In this document: positions 48,369 through 58,100 of the stretch, piece by piece
Numbering within the stretch: position 1 is the first letter of the stretch
Layout: the number at the start of each line of letters is the position of its first letter
DNA from: Patescibacteria group bacterium
GTDB lineage: Bacteria; Patescibacteriota; Doudnabacteria; UBA920; VMFF01
Direction of reading: 5' to 3'
Assembly: GCA_038065615.1 (NCBI GenBank)
Contig: JBBTQQ010000005.1
Span: forward strand, 7,984 to 71,983
DNA length: 64,000 nt
Translations under genes and position numbers: made by a program
The notes under the pieces: model-generated
What the model was told of the DNA's origin: nothing
What the model saw: the letters and a program-made list of their open reading frames with translations, nothing else
Database searches by the model: none

Positions 48369-48408
48369 GAAACCTGTATATTAACTTGATAATCATAAAA
48401 CTATGGGT

Positions 48409-48579
48409 GTTCCAAAAAAGCACAAGACCAGATCAGGAAGAGACCAAAGAAGATCTCACCACGCTTTAAAAGCAAAGGTATACGTAGCTTGCAAAAACTG
48501 TGGCGCTCCAATAAGAACGCACGAGATTTGTCAGAGCTGTGGTTTTTACAAGGGACGTCAGGTCCGTAAAGTTAAATAA
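48409..48579 (+). CDS. rpmF: 50S ribosomal protein L32
   Basis: MGVPKKHKTRSGRDQRRSHHALK...CKNCG..CQSCG zinc ribbon; 56 aa so absent from the ORF track. Confidence 0.85.
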   Translation, partial: VPKKHKTRSGRDQRRSHHALKAKVYVACKNCGAPIRTHEICQSCGFYKGRQVRKVK

Positions 48580-48588
48580 CCGAGAAAC

Positions 48589-49020
48589 ATGGCAAACCGA
48601 CATCTCTCACGAACAGTAGCAATGCAAACCCTGTATGAGTGGGATTTTAACGGTAGAAAAGAACAGCTTAAAGATCTAGCAAAGCACAACATTGAACAGC
48701 TAGCTCCAGGAATGGAAGATACTGCGTTCATCTATGATTTGCTAGTCGGGGTTGAATCTAATCTTGAAGATATAGATAAAACGATTATTGAGACTGCTCC
48801 AGAATGGCCATTGGATCAAATCACAGTCGTTGATAGAAATATCTTACGCATCGGAATATTTGAACTTATCTTTGAAAAACAAGTGCCTCCTAAAGTCGCT
48901 ATAAACGAAGCGGTTGAATTGGGAAAGACATTTGGTGGAGAATCATCTGGTAAGTTCGTAAACGGTGTGTTGGGAACTCTTTACAAAAAACTATTTCCTG
49001 AAGAGACTTTGAAGGTATAA
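48589..49020 (+). CDS. nusB: transcription antitermination factor NusB
   Basis: [18 protein letters not shown]-terminus and overall NusB helical pattern. Confidence 0.85.
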   Translation: MANRHLSRTVAMQTLYEWDFNGRKEQLKDLAKHNIEQLAPGMEDTAFIYDLLVGVESNLEDIDKTIIETAPEWPLDQITVVDRNILRIGIFELIFEKQVPPKVAINEAVELGKTFGGESSGKFVNGVLGTLYKKLFPEETLKV

Positions 49021-49094
49021 TAAAGTCGACTTCTAACAAAAAGACCTTCCAAAAGAAGGTCTTTTTGTTTTGTCATTAAAAGAGGGGAGTAAAC

Positions 49095-49658
49095 ATGAAA
49101 TATATTGCGATTGCCTTTATGGCAATAACAGTGTTGTTAACAGGGAGCATTGCTTTAGCGAAAGAAACTCCAATGCATGCTCAAGCTCAGTCTGTTGAGA
49201 GTGCTGAATTAACAACACAGGTTCAGTCTCAGAGTAGTACGAGTACAACAAAGCCAAAGCAAACAACCAAGAAGAAAAAGGCTAAGAAAAAAGCAACTAA
49301 GAAACAGACTAAGGCAAAGAACACTGATGCAAAGAAACAGACCAAAGAAAAAAAGAGTGCTAAAAAGACAACAAAGAAAACTAGCGCAAAGAAACCGAAG
49401 ACAAGCAAGAGCGTTTCAACAAACACAACAACAGATGTTGAAAGAGCTAACCTTGGAACAACCAAAGATTCTTTAAAGGTTGAGCAACCTGATGCTTTGG
49501 GGCAGTTAATAAATAGCGGGGTGGTTGATTTACAAGCACAGTCTACAGAAGAGTTAGTTCGTCCTAACGGAGCTCGTAAAGGATTGGCTATTGCGGGCGC
49601 TTCGGGATTTGGGGGCTTAGGATTAATGCTTTTGTTAAAGAAGTTCTTGCTTCATTAA
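49095..49658 (+). CDS. secreted lysine-rich low-complexity protein with C-terminal hydrophobic anchor
   Basis: Signal peptide, KKKAKKKATKK tract, C-terminal GLAIAGASGFGGLGLMLLLKKFLLH segment (sorting-signal-like). Confidence 0.5.
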   Translation: MKYIAIAFMAITVLLTGSIALAKETPMHAQAQSVESAELTTQVQSQSSTSTTKPKQTTKKKKAKKKATKKQTKAKNTDAKKQTKEKKSAKKTTKKTSAKKPKTSKSVSTNTTTDVERANLGTTKDSLKVEQPDALGQLINSGVVDLQAQSTEELVRPNGARKGLAIAGASGFGGLGLMLLLKKFLLH

Positions 49659-49740
49659 CTAAGCATTAGGTGGTTGCCAAAAGGCCTCTGCTTGAGGTAT
49701 ACTAGTGGGGAATTATTTTAAGAAAAACAGTACAAAAGAA

Positions 49741-50022
49741 ATGAACAAAAACGAACTAATAGAAAACCTTGCAGGTAAGCTTGCTCTGCCAAGATCAGAA
49801 GCAGAGAGAATGTTGAATACTTTAGTTGATGTGATTTCTGAAACTCTGAAAAAGGGAGATGAGGTAAATATTACTGGGTTTGGTCAGTTCTCAGTAAGTA
49901 ACAGAGCAGCAAGAGCAGGAGTAAATCCTCAGAATCCAACAGAGAGAATACAGATTGCTGCAACAAAAGTCCCAAAGTTTAGAGCAGGCAAGAGTTTGAA
50001 AGAAGCGGTAAAAAGCGAATAA
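49741..50022 (+). CDS. hup: DNA-binding protein HU
   Basis: MNKNELIENLA...GFGQFSVSNRAARAGVNPQ HU/IHF signature; TATACT -10 at 49698-49703. Confidence 0.9.
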   Translation: MNKNELIENLAGKLALPRSEAERMLNTLVDVISETLKKGDEVNITGFGQFSVSNRAARAGVNPQNPTERIQIAATKVPKFRAGKSLKEAVKSE

Positions 50023-50062
50023 CTAGAAAATGTTTGGCCAGAAACTTCTGGCCAAACTTTAA

Positions 50063-50139
50063 CGGGAACTGGCTCAATTGGCTAGAGCGCTCGCTTTGGG
50101 AGCGAGAGGTTCCGGGTTCGAGTCCCGGGTTCCCGACCA
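50063..50139 (+). tRNA. tRNA-Pro (anticodon TGG)
   Basis: CGGGAAC acceptor pairs with GTTCCCG; anticodon loop TTTGGGA; GGTTCGAGTCC T-loop; CCA encoded. Confidence 0.85.
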
Positions 50140-50190
50140 AAATAATTCCGGTTCCCCCGGTTTTTATTTAAGTTGAAATTAGGAGGATGC

Positions 50191-50865
50191 GTGAAATCAT
50201 ATTTAAAACAAAAGGCAATACAACTGCGCAAAGAAGGTTGGTCATACAGCGTTATCCAAAAAAGAACAGGGATATCTAAGAGCACCCTTAGTAATTGGCT
50301 TGGTAATTTACCGTACAGACCAAACTTAGAAGTTAGAAAGAGCATAAAAGAAGGACCGTTGCGTTCTGCTATTATGCGCAGAAAAGCTAAGATCAGGAGT
50401 ATAAGAGAGATTAAAATAGCTGCAGCAAAAGAATTAGGTAAGCTTTCCAAAAGAGATAAGTGGATGTTAGGTTTGGCTATTTATATGGGTGAAGGTTCAA
50501 AGACTCATGATAATATTAGGGTTGTAAACTCAAACCCAGAAATAATTAAAAGTGCTGTTAAATGGTTTAGTAATAATTGTGATGTGCCATTAGCTAATCT
50601 CGCTATTAGGGTCCATTCATATCCTGATATAGACCAAGACAAGACTAAAGTATATTGGTCAGGAGTTACTGGTATACCCTTAAGCCAGTTTTTTAAAAAT
50701 CATATAGATACCAGGACAAACAAATCAGTTTTGAAAAAACGTAAATTGCAATATGGGACTGCCCATTTAATAATCAAGAGTTGTGGAAAAATAAAATTTG
50801 GGGTAATCTTACATAGAAGAATTATGGGCTGGATACAAGAAGCCTATAAACAAATGCGGGTATAG
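50191..50865 (+). CDS. HTH plus LAGLIDADG-like (single-motif) putative homing endonuclease, between two tRNA genes
   Basis: AGGAGG RBS 4 nt before GTG; N-terminal HTH (SVIQKRTGISKSTLSNWL), WMLGLAIYMGEGSK resembles a LAGLIDADG motif; 3' end overlaps tRNA-Gly by 10 nt. Confidence 0.4.
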   Translation: MKSYLKQKAIQLRKEGWSYSVIQKRTGISKSTLSNWLGNLPYRPNLEVRKSIKEGPLRSAIMRRKAKIRSIREIKIAAAKELGKLSKRDKWMLGLAIYMGEGSKTHDNIRVVNSNPEIIKSAVKWFSNNCDVPLANLAIRVHSYPDIDQDKTKVYWSGVTGIPLSQFFKNHIDTRTNKSVLKKRKLQYGTAHLIIKSCGKIKFGVILHRRIMGWIQEAYKQMRV

Positions 50866-50929
50866 TTTAGTGGTCAAACGCCTCCCTTCCAAGGAGAAGT
50901 CGCGGGTTCGATTCCCACTACCCGCTCCA
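50856..50929 (+). tRNA. tRNA-Gly (anticodon TCC)
   Basis: GCGGGTA/TACCCGC acceptor, anticodon loop CTTCCAA, GGTTCGATTCC T-loop, CCA; one mismatch each in anticodon and T stems. Confidence 0.7.
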
Positions 50930-51047
50930 AATATCGGTTAATTTAGATTGCGGAAGATCTGCATTTTTTATCCACAAGAATTTTTGGTTATCCTCATTGA
51001 CCACACAAAAATATTTTTGTTAAACTCCTCATACGGGAGGAAATATT

Positions 51048-51464
51048 ATGCCAGAAGTAACAGAGAAAATAAGGACAATATTTAGAGAAGAAGGCGTTCG
51101 TTTAATTGAGCCTTTAAGTAAGGCTATTCAAAGAACGCAGGACGATATCTTGTATATCAAAAATGACGTCTCAGGTTTGAAGGGTGACGTCTCAAGTCTT
51201 AAGAGTGATGTTTCGGGTCTCAAGAGTGATATGTCAGGTGTTAAGGTAGATATTTCGTATCTAAAAAGTGACATGTCGGATGTCAAAGATGATGTTACTG
51301 GGATTCGAGAAGTTGTTGATAGTCACACGGTTACACTTGATGGAATGGCTGGTTCTTTGGAAATCATGAGAACAGAGTTATCGGTAAGCAAATATAGACT
51401 GGATCGCCATGAGGGATGGATTAGTAAACTAGCTGAAAAGACCAAGCTCAAGCTTAGTCATTAA
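51048..51464 (+). CDS. small coiled-coil protein with seven tandem heptad repeats (DVSGLKG-type)
   Basis: Seven 21-bp DNA repeats at 51165-51311 encode DVSGLKG/DVSSLKS/...; paralog of the 59437 and 59938 genes. Confidence 0.5.
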   Translation: MPEVTEKIRTIFREEGVRLIEPLSKAIQRTQDDILYIKNDVSGLKGDVSSLKSDVSGLKSDMSGVKVDISYLKSDMSDVKDDVTGIREVVDSHTVTLDGMAGSLEIMRTELSVSKYRLDRHEGWISKLAEKTKLKLSH

Positions 51465-51509
51465 CATGGGGTAGTGTTATCAGAGCGTTGCCAGAGTTTT
51501 TTAGGAAGT

Positions 51510-51565
51510 GTAATATTTATTTACAAACGCCACACCCAGCCCGCAAGGGTCCGGTGTGGTTTTTG
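51510..51565 (+). repeat. 55-bp conserved terminator element, copy 1
   Basis: GTAATATTTATTTACAAACGCCACACCCAGCCCGCAAGGGTCCGGTGTGGTTTTT; 7-bp stem, GCAA tetraloop hairpin, T-run; near-identical to 60358-60413. Confidence 0.7.
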
Positions 51566-51806
51566 ATTCAGTTGGGTAGCTATGTATTTCAGATCAGAAT
51601 TTATTCCTACAATCTCAGTTGGAGTTTATTAGCCACGGCAAGAGCAAATCAATATGGGCTGGTACCTGAATAATTCGAAATTTAAAGTGAATTTTATTAA
51701 CAAATATCCTATTTATGGGACAAGTGGATATGTAGGCTTGTAATATTTAGGATTATATGTTAATATGTTTCTAAAGAGTGTTATTAATAGCCTTTTTTAG
51801 AAACGT

Positions 51807-52427
51807 ATGCAATATAATGAATTTAAGGAACAATTAAAAGACTTTATTGTTTTTTCGATAACGGATATCCGCAAGATAGAACCGAAGTTTTACCGCCGTC
51901 GTTTAAATGAGTGGCAAGACAAGGGTTACATCAAGAAGATACGCCGTGGTTACTATATGTTTGCAGACACGCAGTTGAGTGAGGAAAAGCTTTTTTTGAT
52001 TGCTAATAAAATTTATTCTCCATCTTATGTTTCTTTTGAAATGGCTTTGTCTTATTATGGTCTGATCCCCGAAGGTGTTTATTCGATTACTTCTGCTTCC
52101 AGCAAGAAGACAGAAAAGTTTAAGACAACTGTTGGTGAATTTACTTATCGAAGTCTTAAGCCACAACTGCTGTTTGGTTTTAGCTTACTAACGCAAGGAA
52201 AACAGACATACAAGTTAGCGGAGATGGAAAAGGCAGTCTTAGATTATTTATACATCAATTCCAAGAGCACGAGAAAGGAAGATTTGCAGGAGTGGCGATT
52301 TGAGGGGCGAGAATTTCTGGCAAAGGCTGACTTAAATAAGTTTAATAGATATGTTAAAGCTTTTAATAGTCCCAGTCTGGAAAAGCGAGTCAAGCAGTTT
52401 ATAAATTTTATTAAGCAACAACAATAA
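51807..52427 (+). CDS. AbiEi-family antitoxin/transcriptional regulator (type IV TA)
   Basis: 206 aa; N-terminal wHTH plus C-terminal AbiEi_4-like region (SYVSFEMALSYYGLIPEGVYSITSA); overlaps the next gene by ATGA. Confidence 0.65.
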   Translation: MQYNEFKEQLKDFIVFSITDIRKIEPKFYRRRLNEWQDKGYIKKIRRGYYMFADTQLSEEKLFLIANKIYSPSYVSFEMALSYYGLIPEGVYSITSASSKKTEKFKTTVGEFTYRSLKPQLLFGFSLLTQGKQTYKLAEMEKAVLDYLYINSKSTRKEDLQEWRFEGREFLAKADLNKFNRYVKAFNSPSLEKRVKQFINFIKQQQ

Positions 52428-53203
52428 TGTTAACCTTAGAACAAATTGAACAGCAATATCCTGAAAACTTGCGAGCTTTTAAACGTTCACTGCTTCGGGA
52501 GTATTTGCAGTATAAGATTTTAGAAATTATTTTTGCTTCTGAGTATGCCATTAAGCTGTCGTTTTTAGGTGGCACGGCTTTAAGAATTCTTTATAATAAT
52601 AATCGTTTTTCTGAAGATATTGATTTTGACAATTTTGGTTTAGAAGAGAGCGAGTTTAATGCCTTAGCAGAAAAGGTAAAATCTGGTTTAGAAGCTGAGG
52701 GACTGAAAGTAGAAATTGATATTGTTGGTAAAGAGGCTTATCGTTGCAATGTTCGTTTTCCAGATATTCTTTTTGGCAGCGAGCTGTCTCAACATCAAAG
52801 CGAAAAAATTCTTATTCAAATTGACAGTCTAGCGCACGGTTTTTCTTACCAACCCGAACGCAAGATTTTGAACAAGTTTGATGTTTTTACCGAAATTTTT
52901 GTTGCCACTTCTGATTTGTTACTGTCGCAAAAAATAAATGCTGCTGTAAACCGCAAACGGGCCAAAGGTAGGGATTTTTATGATATTGTATTTTTGCTAT
53001 CTTTTACCAAGCCCAACTATCAATACCTACACCAAAAAATGAACATTAGGGAACCAGAAGAGTTAAGAGCAAAGCTACTTAAACTGTCTGAGGAACTTGA
53101 TTTTACAGAGTTAGCACGAGATGTAGAGCCTTTTCTTTTTAATCCTAGTGATAGTAAAAAGGTAGAGTTATTCCGAGATTTTATTCAGCAAGCAAAATTA
53201 TAG
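52427..53203 (+). CDS. AbiEii/AbiGii-family nucleotidyltransferase toxin (DUF1814)
   Basis: FLGGTALRILYNNNRFSEDIDFD nucleotidyltransferase motif typical of AbiEii. Confidence 0.75.
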   Translation: MLTLEQIEQQYPENLRAFKRSLLREYLQYKILEIIFASEYAIKLSFLGGTALRILYNNNRFSEDIDFDNFGLEESEFNALAEKVKSGLEAEGLKVEIDIVGKEAYRCNVRFPDILFGSELSQHQSEKILIQIDSLAHGFSYQPERKILNKFDVFTEIFVATSDLLLSQKINAAVNRKRAKGRDFYDIVFLLSFTKPNYQYLHQKMNIREPEELRAKLLKLSEELDFTELARDVEPFLFNPSDSKKVELFRDFIQQAKL

Positions 53204-53270
53204 GGAGTAAGCTTTAAATTAACAAAGTTTTTGTTGCACTTCAGATTAGAATTTATGTAGTGGTCGCGTG

Positions 53271-53300
53271 TTGACCTAGTCTGTATAAGTAGGGTATAAT
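53271..53300 (+). promoter_or_regulatory. promoter TTGACC-17-TATAAT containing the conserved CTAGTCTGTATAAG box, copy 1
   Basis: TTGACCTAGTCTGTATAAGTAGGGTATAAT; 27/30 identical to the copy at 53945-53974. Confidence 0.6.
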
Positions 53301-53322
53301 ACGAACAACTAAAAAAGTATAT

Positions 53323-53640
53323 ATGACAAAATTACATAAAATTTTTAGAGTTATATATCCCGCTAAACACCCAGAGGAACTTATTAAAGAATATAATATT
53401 CCTCGTACTTTGCATTTACAAATACGTCTTACTAAAGACGGCTGGTTTGTTGCGTCTGTTCCAGAACTTCCAGGTTTAATTACTCAAGCACAAACTCAAC
53501 ATGAATTACTAGATATGGTTAATGACGCGGTTTTAACTTATTTTGATGTACCAAAAAGACAAGCTGATATAATTTACGATCAATTGAATATTCAAGGAGT
53601 CCCAGCAGTCCAATATGAGGCTCAATTACGAACTACTTAA
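53323..53640 (+). CDS. HicB-like antitoxin (UPF0150 fold)
   Basis: DGWFVASVPELPGLITQAQTQHELLDMVNDAVLTYF matches HicB/UPF0150 pattern. Confidence 0.6.
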   Translation: MTKLHKIFRVIYPAKHPEELIKEYNIPRTLHLQIRLTKDGWFVASVPELPGLITQAQTQHELLDMVNDAVLTYFDVPKRQADIIYDQLNIQGVPAVQYEAQLRTT

Positions 53641-53646
53641 ATTTCA

Positions 53647-53904
53647 ATGGGAGAGTATAATTTCAATAAAAGACAATGCTTACAAGCATTAAAAAAATTA
53701 GGTTTTTTTGAGGGAAGCAAGCGCAGAGGTATTCATGATAAATATTATCCTCCCAAAAGAATAGCCGAAAATCTGACTTCTGAGAAAGCCCCTTTTATAA
53801 TGATACCTAGGCATAACGAGTTGCATATCCAAACGGAAATTATCAAAGAGATTAAGGCTATGGGTGGTGATGATTTGGTAGAACAATTTAAAAAATATTT
53901 ATAA
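53647..53904 (+). CDS. HicA-like mRNA interferase toxin
   Basis: 85 aa; LKKLGFFEGSKRRGIHDKYY and FIMIPRHNELHIQTEIIKEIKAMG resemble HicA (YcfA) motifs. Confidence 0.5.
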   Translation: MGEYNFNKRQCLQALKKLGFFEGSKRRGIHDKYYPPKRIAENLTSEKAPFIMIPRHNELHIQTEIIKEIKAMGGDDLVEQFKKYL

Positions 53905-53944
53905 TAGAACCGCTATAAATCAAATAAGCGGTTTTATAGTTTTG

Positions 53945-53974
53945 TTGATCTAGTCTGTATAAGCAGGGTATAAT
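53945..53974 (+). promoter_or_regulatory. promoter TTGATC-17-TATAAT with conserved CTAGTCTGTATAAG box, copy 2
   Basis: TTGATCTAGTCTGTATAAGCAGGGTATAAT. Confidence 0.6.
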
Positions 53975-54002
53975 TTAAACAAGTATTAAGCTAATTTTAG
54001 CT

Positions 54003-54350
54003 ATGTCCAGATTTATTCAAAGAATACAATCTTATTTGGCTACTCCGGCACAAGCCCAAGAAAAGATCACTCATTTATTGATTGAGCTTCGTCATCGTGG
54101 GTTGACTTTTGATATTAGCTTAGAAAATGAAGATGGACAAAAATTCTTTTATGCAAAATCCATAGATTATCCAAAGGGTTATATTTCTGCTACTGGTCAA
54201 ACTACGGAAGAATTAGAAAGTGAATTAAAGGACGCGATTTTTACAGCCTTTGAAGTTCCAGCAAGATTTTGCATTTCTGAACTAATTGTTTTCAATCCTC
54301 CTGTCTCACAGGTAGCTACTGCAAACCAGAAAGTATATGCTACCATCTAG
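54003..54350 (+). CDS. second HicB-like antitoxin
   Basis: FYAKSIDYPKGYISATGQTTEELESELKDAIFTAFEV fits the UPF0150/HicB pattern. Confidence 0.5.
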   Translation: MSRFIQRIQSYLATPAQAQEKITHLLIELRHRGLTFDISLENEDGQKFFYAKSIDYPKGYISATGQTTEELESELKDAIFTAFEVPARFCISELIVFNPPVSQVATANQKVYATI

Positions 54351-54563
54351 TTTCCCGTCTGATATATCGCAAAAGAGACTAGCAAAAGCATTTCAAAAAG
54401 GGTTTACGCTGGTGGCAAAGGCGGTCATTATAAACTTGATGATCCTAAAAGCAAGAAGTTTATAACTCTACAATCTAAACTCTGGAAAGCTGTACTTAAA
54501 GATAAATTGAAGCAAGCGGAAGAACTCGGTTATGACGCAACAGAGATAATGAATAATTATTAA
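54337..54563 (+). pseudogene. HicA-like toxin gene disrupted by a frameshift
   Basis: Frame from ATG 54337 reads MLPSSFPSDISQKRLAKAFQKGFTLVAKA then hits a stop; the adjacent frame continues GGKGGHYKLDDPKSKKFITLQSKLWKAVLKDKLKQAEELGYDATEIMNNY to TAA 54561-54563; shift lies near 54410-54425. Confidence 0.4.
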
Positions 54564-54694
54564 ATTCTCCGGCTTCTAAAATAAGAAGCAGGAGCTTTTT
54601 AATAGAAAAGGACTACATTCAACATTCTAGTGCAACACCTCATTAGTCTACCTTACGGTGTTGCGCTTACTTGTTGAACTTACTGTACGGTTGG

Positions 54695-54723
54695 TTGACA
54701 AGAACCTATAAAGATTATATAAT
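54695..54723 (+). promoter_or_regulatory. perfect consensus sigma70 promoter TTGACA-17-TATAAT
   Basis: TTGACA 54695-54700, 17-nt spacer, TATAAT 54718-54723; about 470 nt upstream of the giant surface-protein gene. Confidence 0.55.
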
Positions 54724-55194
54724 GCTTGTATCTTAAACCTTTGTACCAGGTTTATCCACATTATGATTTGTACCATCATAAGCAGTTCCAAAGGAATTCT
54801 GCTGAATACCTTAGGAGCCAAAGAAATCAGGAAAGTAGAACCAACCACGCTTAAATAGGGGATTTTAAGCGACTTTGTTATACTTTCCTGGTTTTTTTAT
54901 GCAGATTGTGTTTGCACGCACATGTACGTATAAAAATAACCGGGCGGTTATTTGAAGACATATATAGAGGTGTAACAACGCTCTATTATAGGCGTCAAAT
55001 AATACGCAACTAGCACTGGAGTGTTTAGTGTTCTTTATTAATAAAGATTGGTCGATCTCTAGGCGAAAGGCCTTGTAATAGGCTTTGTCAGAAGCTAGTT
55101 GAAACAGAAAATATATTAATAACACTTTTTTTAGATCAAGATTGATTGTCGCATATGAACAATTAATCCCTCGTCTAAAAAAACGGAGTAAAAC

Positions 55195-58100
55195 ATGCAA
55201 ACCTCTTTAGCAAAGAAAATCTTTGCAATAGGTTCAACTTCAGCCATGTTGTTAGCTGCTGTCCCTTTTGTGGCTTCAGCTGCAGTTCACTCTGCCGGAA
55301 CAAACGTCGTTTCTAACGGAACCGTTTATTTCGTCAACAGCAATGGTCAGAAACAACCTTACACTTCAGCTGGTGCATTTTTGTCCTATGGTTTTAACAC
55401 CTGGGCAGATGTAGTAGCAGCTTCCGCTGAGGATATGGCTTTGCCTACTGGCTCATTCGTTCCTCCATCAGATGGTTCCCTTATCAATGATAAAGGCACT
55501 GTATATTTGATGGTTAACGGAATGCCATCAGGCTTTACTACAGAACCAAACTTCTTAGGCTCAGGCTATTCTTACAAGAATGTCTTGGCTGGTGATGTTT
55601 CCTTCTTAGCAAAAGGCTCAAATATCAGCACAACAGCAATGTCCCACCCAGTTGGTACATTAGTAAACGACAAAGGTACTGTTTACTTAATGACAGCATC
55701 TGGAAAAATGGGCATTCCTTCTCTTTCAACATTTAATTCTTGGGGCTATAGCTTCGCAAAAGTCGTTCCTGCAAACAGCTACGACTCAGCAGTTTCTATG
55801 AGCTCTGGAATTATGAATGCAAGAGTTGTCGGACAATTGAACCCAACAGGTTCAACAGTCAACATTCCTCCAGTATCTGGAACTCTATCTGTAAGCGCAG
55901 CTTCAGATATGCCAGTTACTAGAGCAGTGGTCTCTACTGAAGGCGTAGCAGACTTAGCACACTTTACCTTCTATGGTACAGGTGCAGTTACAAGCCTTTC
56001 CTTAAAGAGATTCGGCGTTTCAGCTGATACCTCTTTGAATAACGTTTACCTCTTTGATTCAAATGGAACAAGACTTACAGATGGAGCATCAGTTTCATCT
56101 GGAAGCATTGTTAACTTTAACAATCCAAATGGATTGTTTACTGTCAGTGGTTCAAAGACCATTTATGTAAAAGCTGATATGAATGGTACAGCAGGTGAAA
56201 CAATTGGTGTTCAACTTACTTCTGCTATGAGCGGCTCAGTCGCAGTTAGCGGCGGAACAGTTTCCAGCAATTTGTTCACAGTAGCTACAGCTACATTAGC
56301 TGGCGTAGCCCTTTCATCAGCAACTGGTTCAGGCAACACTGATCCAGGCGTAGCAATCAGCGTCTGGCAAGGTACAGCAACTGTATCAACCAGAGACGTA
56401 TTGATGACCCGCTTGGCATTGCGCCAACTTGGTTCTATTGTTTCAACTGACATTAAGAACTTCACCCTTTATGTAGACGGTGTTCAGGTTGCTACAACAG
56501 CAGCTTTGGATTCCAATGGCTATGTGACTTTCACAATGAGCCAGGCATTAAAGTCAGGTGCAAGAGTTTTGAAGGTAACTGCTGATGTAATTGGCGGTTC
56601 CGGCAGAACAGTTCAAATGTCTTTCCGTGGTGCTTATGACCTTTCAGTGACTGATACTCAGTACAATGCAGGTGTCGTAGCAACCGGTACTTTCCCATTT
56701 GGTCCATCAGCATTCACAGTTAACAATGGTTCAATGACAGTTGTTAAAACAACTGACTCACAGGCTACTAACGTAACTGTCGGTGCTTCAGATCAAGCAT
56801 TGGCTAAGTACACCTTTACCGCTTATGGTGAAGCAATCAAAGTTAGCACCTTGAACGTTGGTATGATTACCAACGGTACTCCTGCTAACGTCACTATCCG
56901 TAATACCCGCCTGTTGTTAACCAACAGTGGCACAACCGGACAGGTTGGTAGCACCTTAAGCGTTCCTGCGGCAGCTTCTTTTGCTGCAGCTGCAGGTACT
57001 GCATTCACCACAAACTTCACTGTTAATCCTGGTGCTCCCGCAACTGTTGAAATCCGCGGCGACATCTATGACAATGAAGGCGCAGATGATATCGCAGCAT
57101 TAACGGTTACTACAATACAGGGATTGTTGGTCGGCGGTACAGCTACCAGCAACGCTACCCCACAAGTTTCTCTAGGAACCCTTAATGTTCCATCCCAGAC
57201 CAATGTTTTGGGTAACAACCTAACCATTGCTTCTGGTTCATTGAGCATTGCTAAAACATCAACATATGCAAACCAGACTGTTGTTGTTCCAGCAACCACA
57301 TACAAGATCGGTTCATTTGTCTTAACAGGCAATGCAACCGAAGCAGTTAACTTAAACACCCTTTATGTTGGTTTTGCTGATACTACATTAGATGCAGCTC
57401 CTGCAACTGATTTGACAGACCTTTACGTCAAATACGGTAGCAACCAAACAACTGTTAAAGGGACTGTGACTTGTACTTACAGCGCTGGTTGTAGCAACGC
57501 AAACTCTTGGTCAATTAACACCACATTGGCTGTTAACCAGACCATGCAATTTGATGTCTACGCAACCATTGCTTCATCTCTAAGCACTAACCAGTTAATC
57601 CCTACATTGGCTGTAGCAGGTACAACCGCTCAGTCAGGTATTGCTGTCTACGCTGACGGCACATCTAACACTTCGTTGGATGCAGGATTCTCAGGTCAGC
57701 AAATTACAGGTGGCACAGGTACAATTACAGCATCTCTTGATGCAAGTACTCCAAATTCAACGATTGTTGATGATTCTGGTACAATCACATCTGCCGTTTA
57801 CAAATTCCAATCTGCAAACGACAGCTACACAATCACTGACTTAACTGTCACCTTAGGCGATGCTTCTGCTGTTTCAACAGTAACATTGCTTGATGGTAAT
57901 GGTTCACCGATTACCGGTGGTTCCTTGCCAGGCGCAACAACCGTTGCTTTCCATGGCTTGAACATCGCAGTCGCAGCAAATGCAACTGTTCTTGTCCAAG
58001 TACAATTGACAATGGGTGCAGTTGGCTTTGGCGCAGGTACTTCTAATGCTTCTTTGTTGACCACAATGACTGTGGCAACAGCTAGAAACTCAGCAGGTAC

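Noticed and set aside
49229-49465. Antisense ORF within the lysine-rich protein gene
   Set aside because: Reverse-frame reading of a poly-K/A/T low-complexity tract (gives poly-F/L)
54648-55200. Two minus-strand ORFs (66 and 111 aa) in the AT-rich leader before the giant gene
   Set aside because: AT-rich low-complexity translations, no RBS, overlap a consensus plus-strand promoter; more likely noncoding leader
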